Shown piece by piece: positions 63,957-64,000 of a stretch of DNA of 64,000 nt. The position numbers were made by a program, and so were the translations under genes. How positions within the stretch are numbered: the stretch's first letter is position 1; every line of letters begins with the position of its first letter. The notes below the pieces were generated by a model, which saw nothing but the letters and a program-made list of their open reading frames with translations, did not search any database and was not told where the DNA came from. The stretch is from Naegleria gruberi (Eukaryota), in assembly GCA_000004985.1 (NCBI GenBank), contig GG738853.1. The stretch is one strand, 5' to 3'.

Positions 63957-64000
63957 ATGAGCAGTCACGATGAGGGAAGAGTATTGTTTGTTTCAACAAG
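63957..64000 (+). CDS. 5' end of a further gene (MSSHDEGRVLFVST...), truncated by the window end
   Basis: aaaaaaaaATG context at 63957, open to the end of the window. Confidence 0.3.
   Translation, partial: MSSHDEGRVLFVST

Noticed and set aside
1-64000. Search for CRISPR arrays, operons, prokaryotic defence or toxin-antitoxin modules, integrons and IS elements
   Set aside because: None present. The sequence is intron-containing eukaryotic DNA. The only direct repeats are the two tRNA-Lys copies and short coding microsatellites.

Overview
This window is eukaryotic nuclear DNA, not prokaryotic. It is AT-rich. Introns are short (about 40-120 nt), GT-AG, and nearly all donors read GTAAGT or GTATGT. 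Start codons sit in A-runs (aaaaaATG). Coding regions carry poly-Q and poly-N tracts. tRNA genes are followed by T-runs, as expected for Pol III termination. Taken together with the gene content (PhoPQ-activated-pathogenicity-like protein, long-tailed myosin I with an SH3 domain, many low-complexity inserts), the source looks most like a social amoeba (Dictyostelia). I cannot confirm that without a database search.

Gene density is about one gene per 1.9 kb on both strands. I can support about 33 protein-coding genes. Several are multi-exon, and I reconstructed the exons by hand from the ORF track and splice motifs. There are also three tRNA genes: two identical tRNA-Lys(CUU) copies and one tRNA-Leu(CAA).

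Recognisable products include:
- an uninterrupted 4313-aa HECT E3 ubiquitin ligase (UBR-box, SPRY, UBA, two ZZ fingers, HECT)
- a DIS3/Rrp44-type exoribonuclease
- LST8
- RpiB-type ribose-5-phosphate isomerase
- glycerol kinase (5 exons)
- an ABCB half-transporter (5 exons)
- a MARK/AMPK-related kinase with a KA1 tail (3 exons)
- NAA25 (NatB auxiliary subunit)
- long-tailed myosin I (5 exons)
- site-2 protease
- clathrin light chain
- a prohibitin-like SPFH protein
- a CBS-pair protein
- an F-box/LRR protein

I found no CRISPR array, no operon structure and no prokaryotic defence locus. The features worth a second look are:
- three adjacent genes of bacterial type (NADAR/YbiA-like, PqaA-like, and a Nudix-DUF924 fusion) that look like a domesticated NAD/ADP-ribose-metabolism block
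- a secreted protein that is extraordinarily rich in lysine and cysteine, with quasi-repeats
- twin identical tRNA-Lys genes bracketing a single secreted-protein gene
- a tRNA-Leu gene with a degenerate partial copy downstream
- the unusual domain combination in the giant HECT ligase

All coordinates for splice junctions were counted by hand and could be off by a nucleotide.
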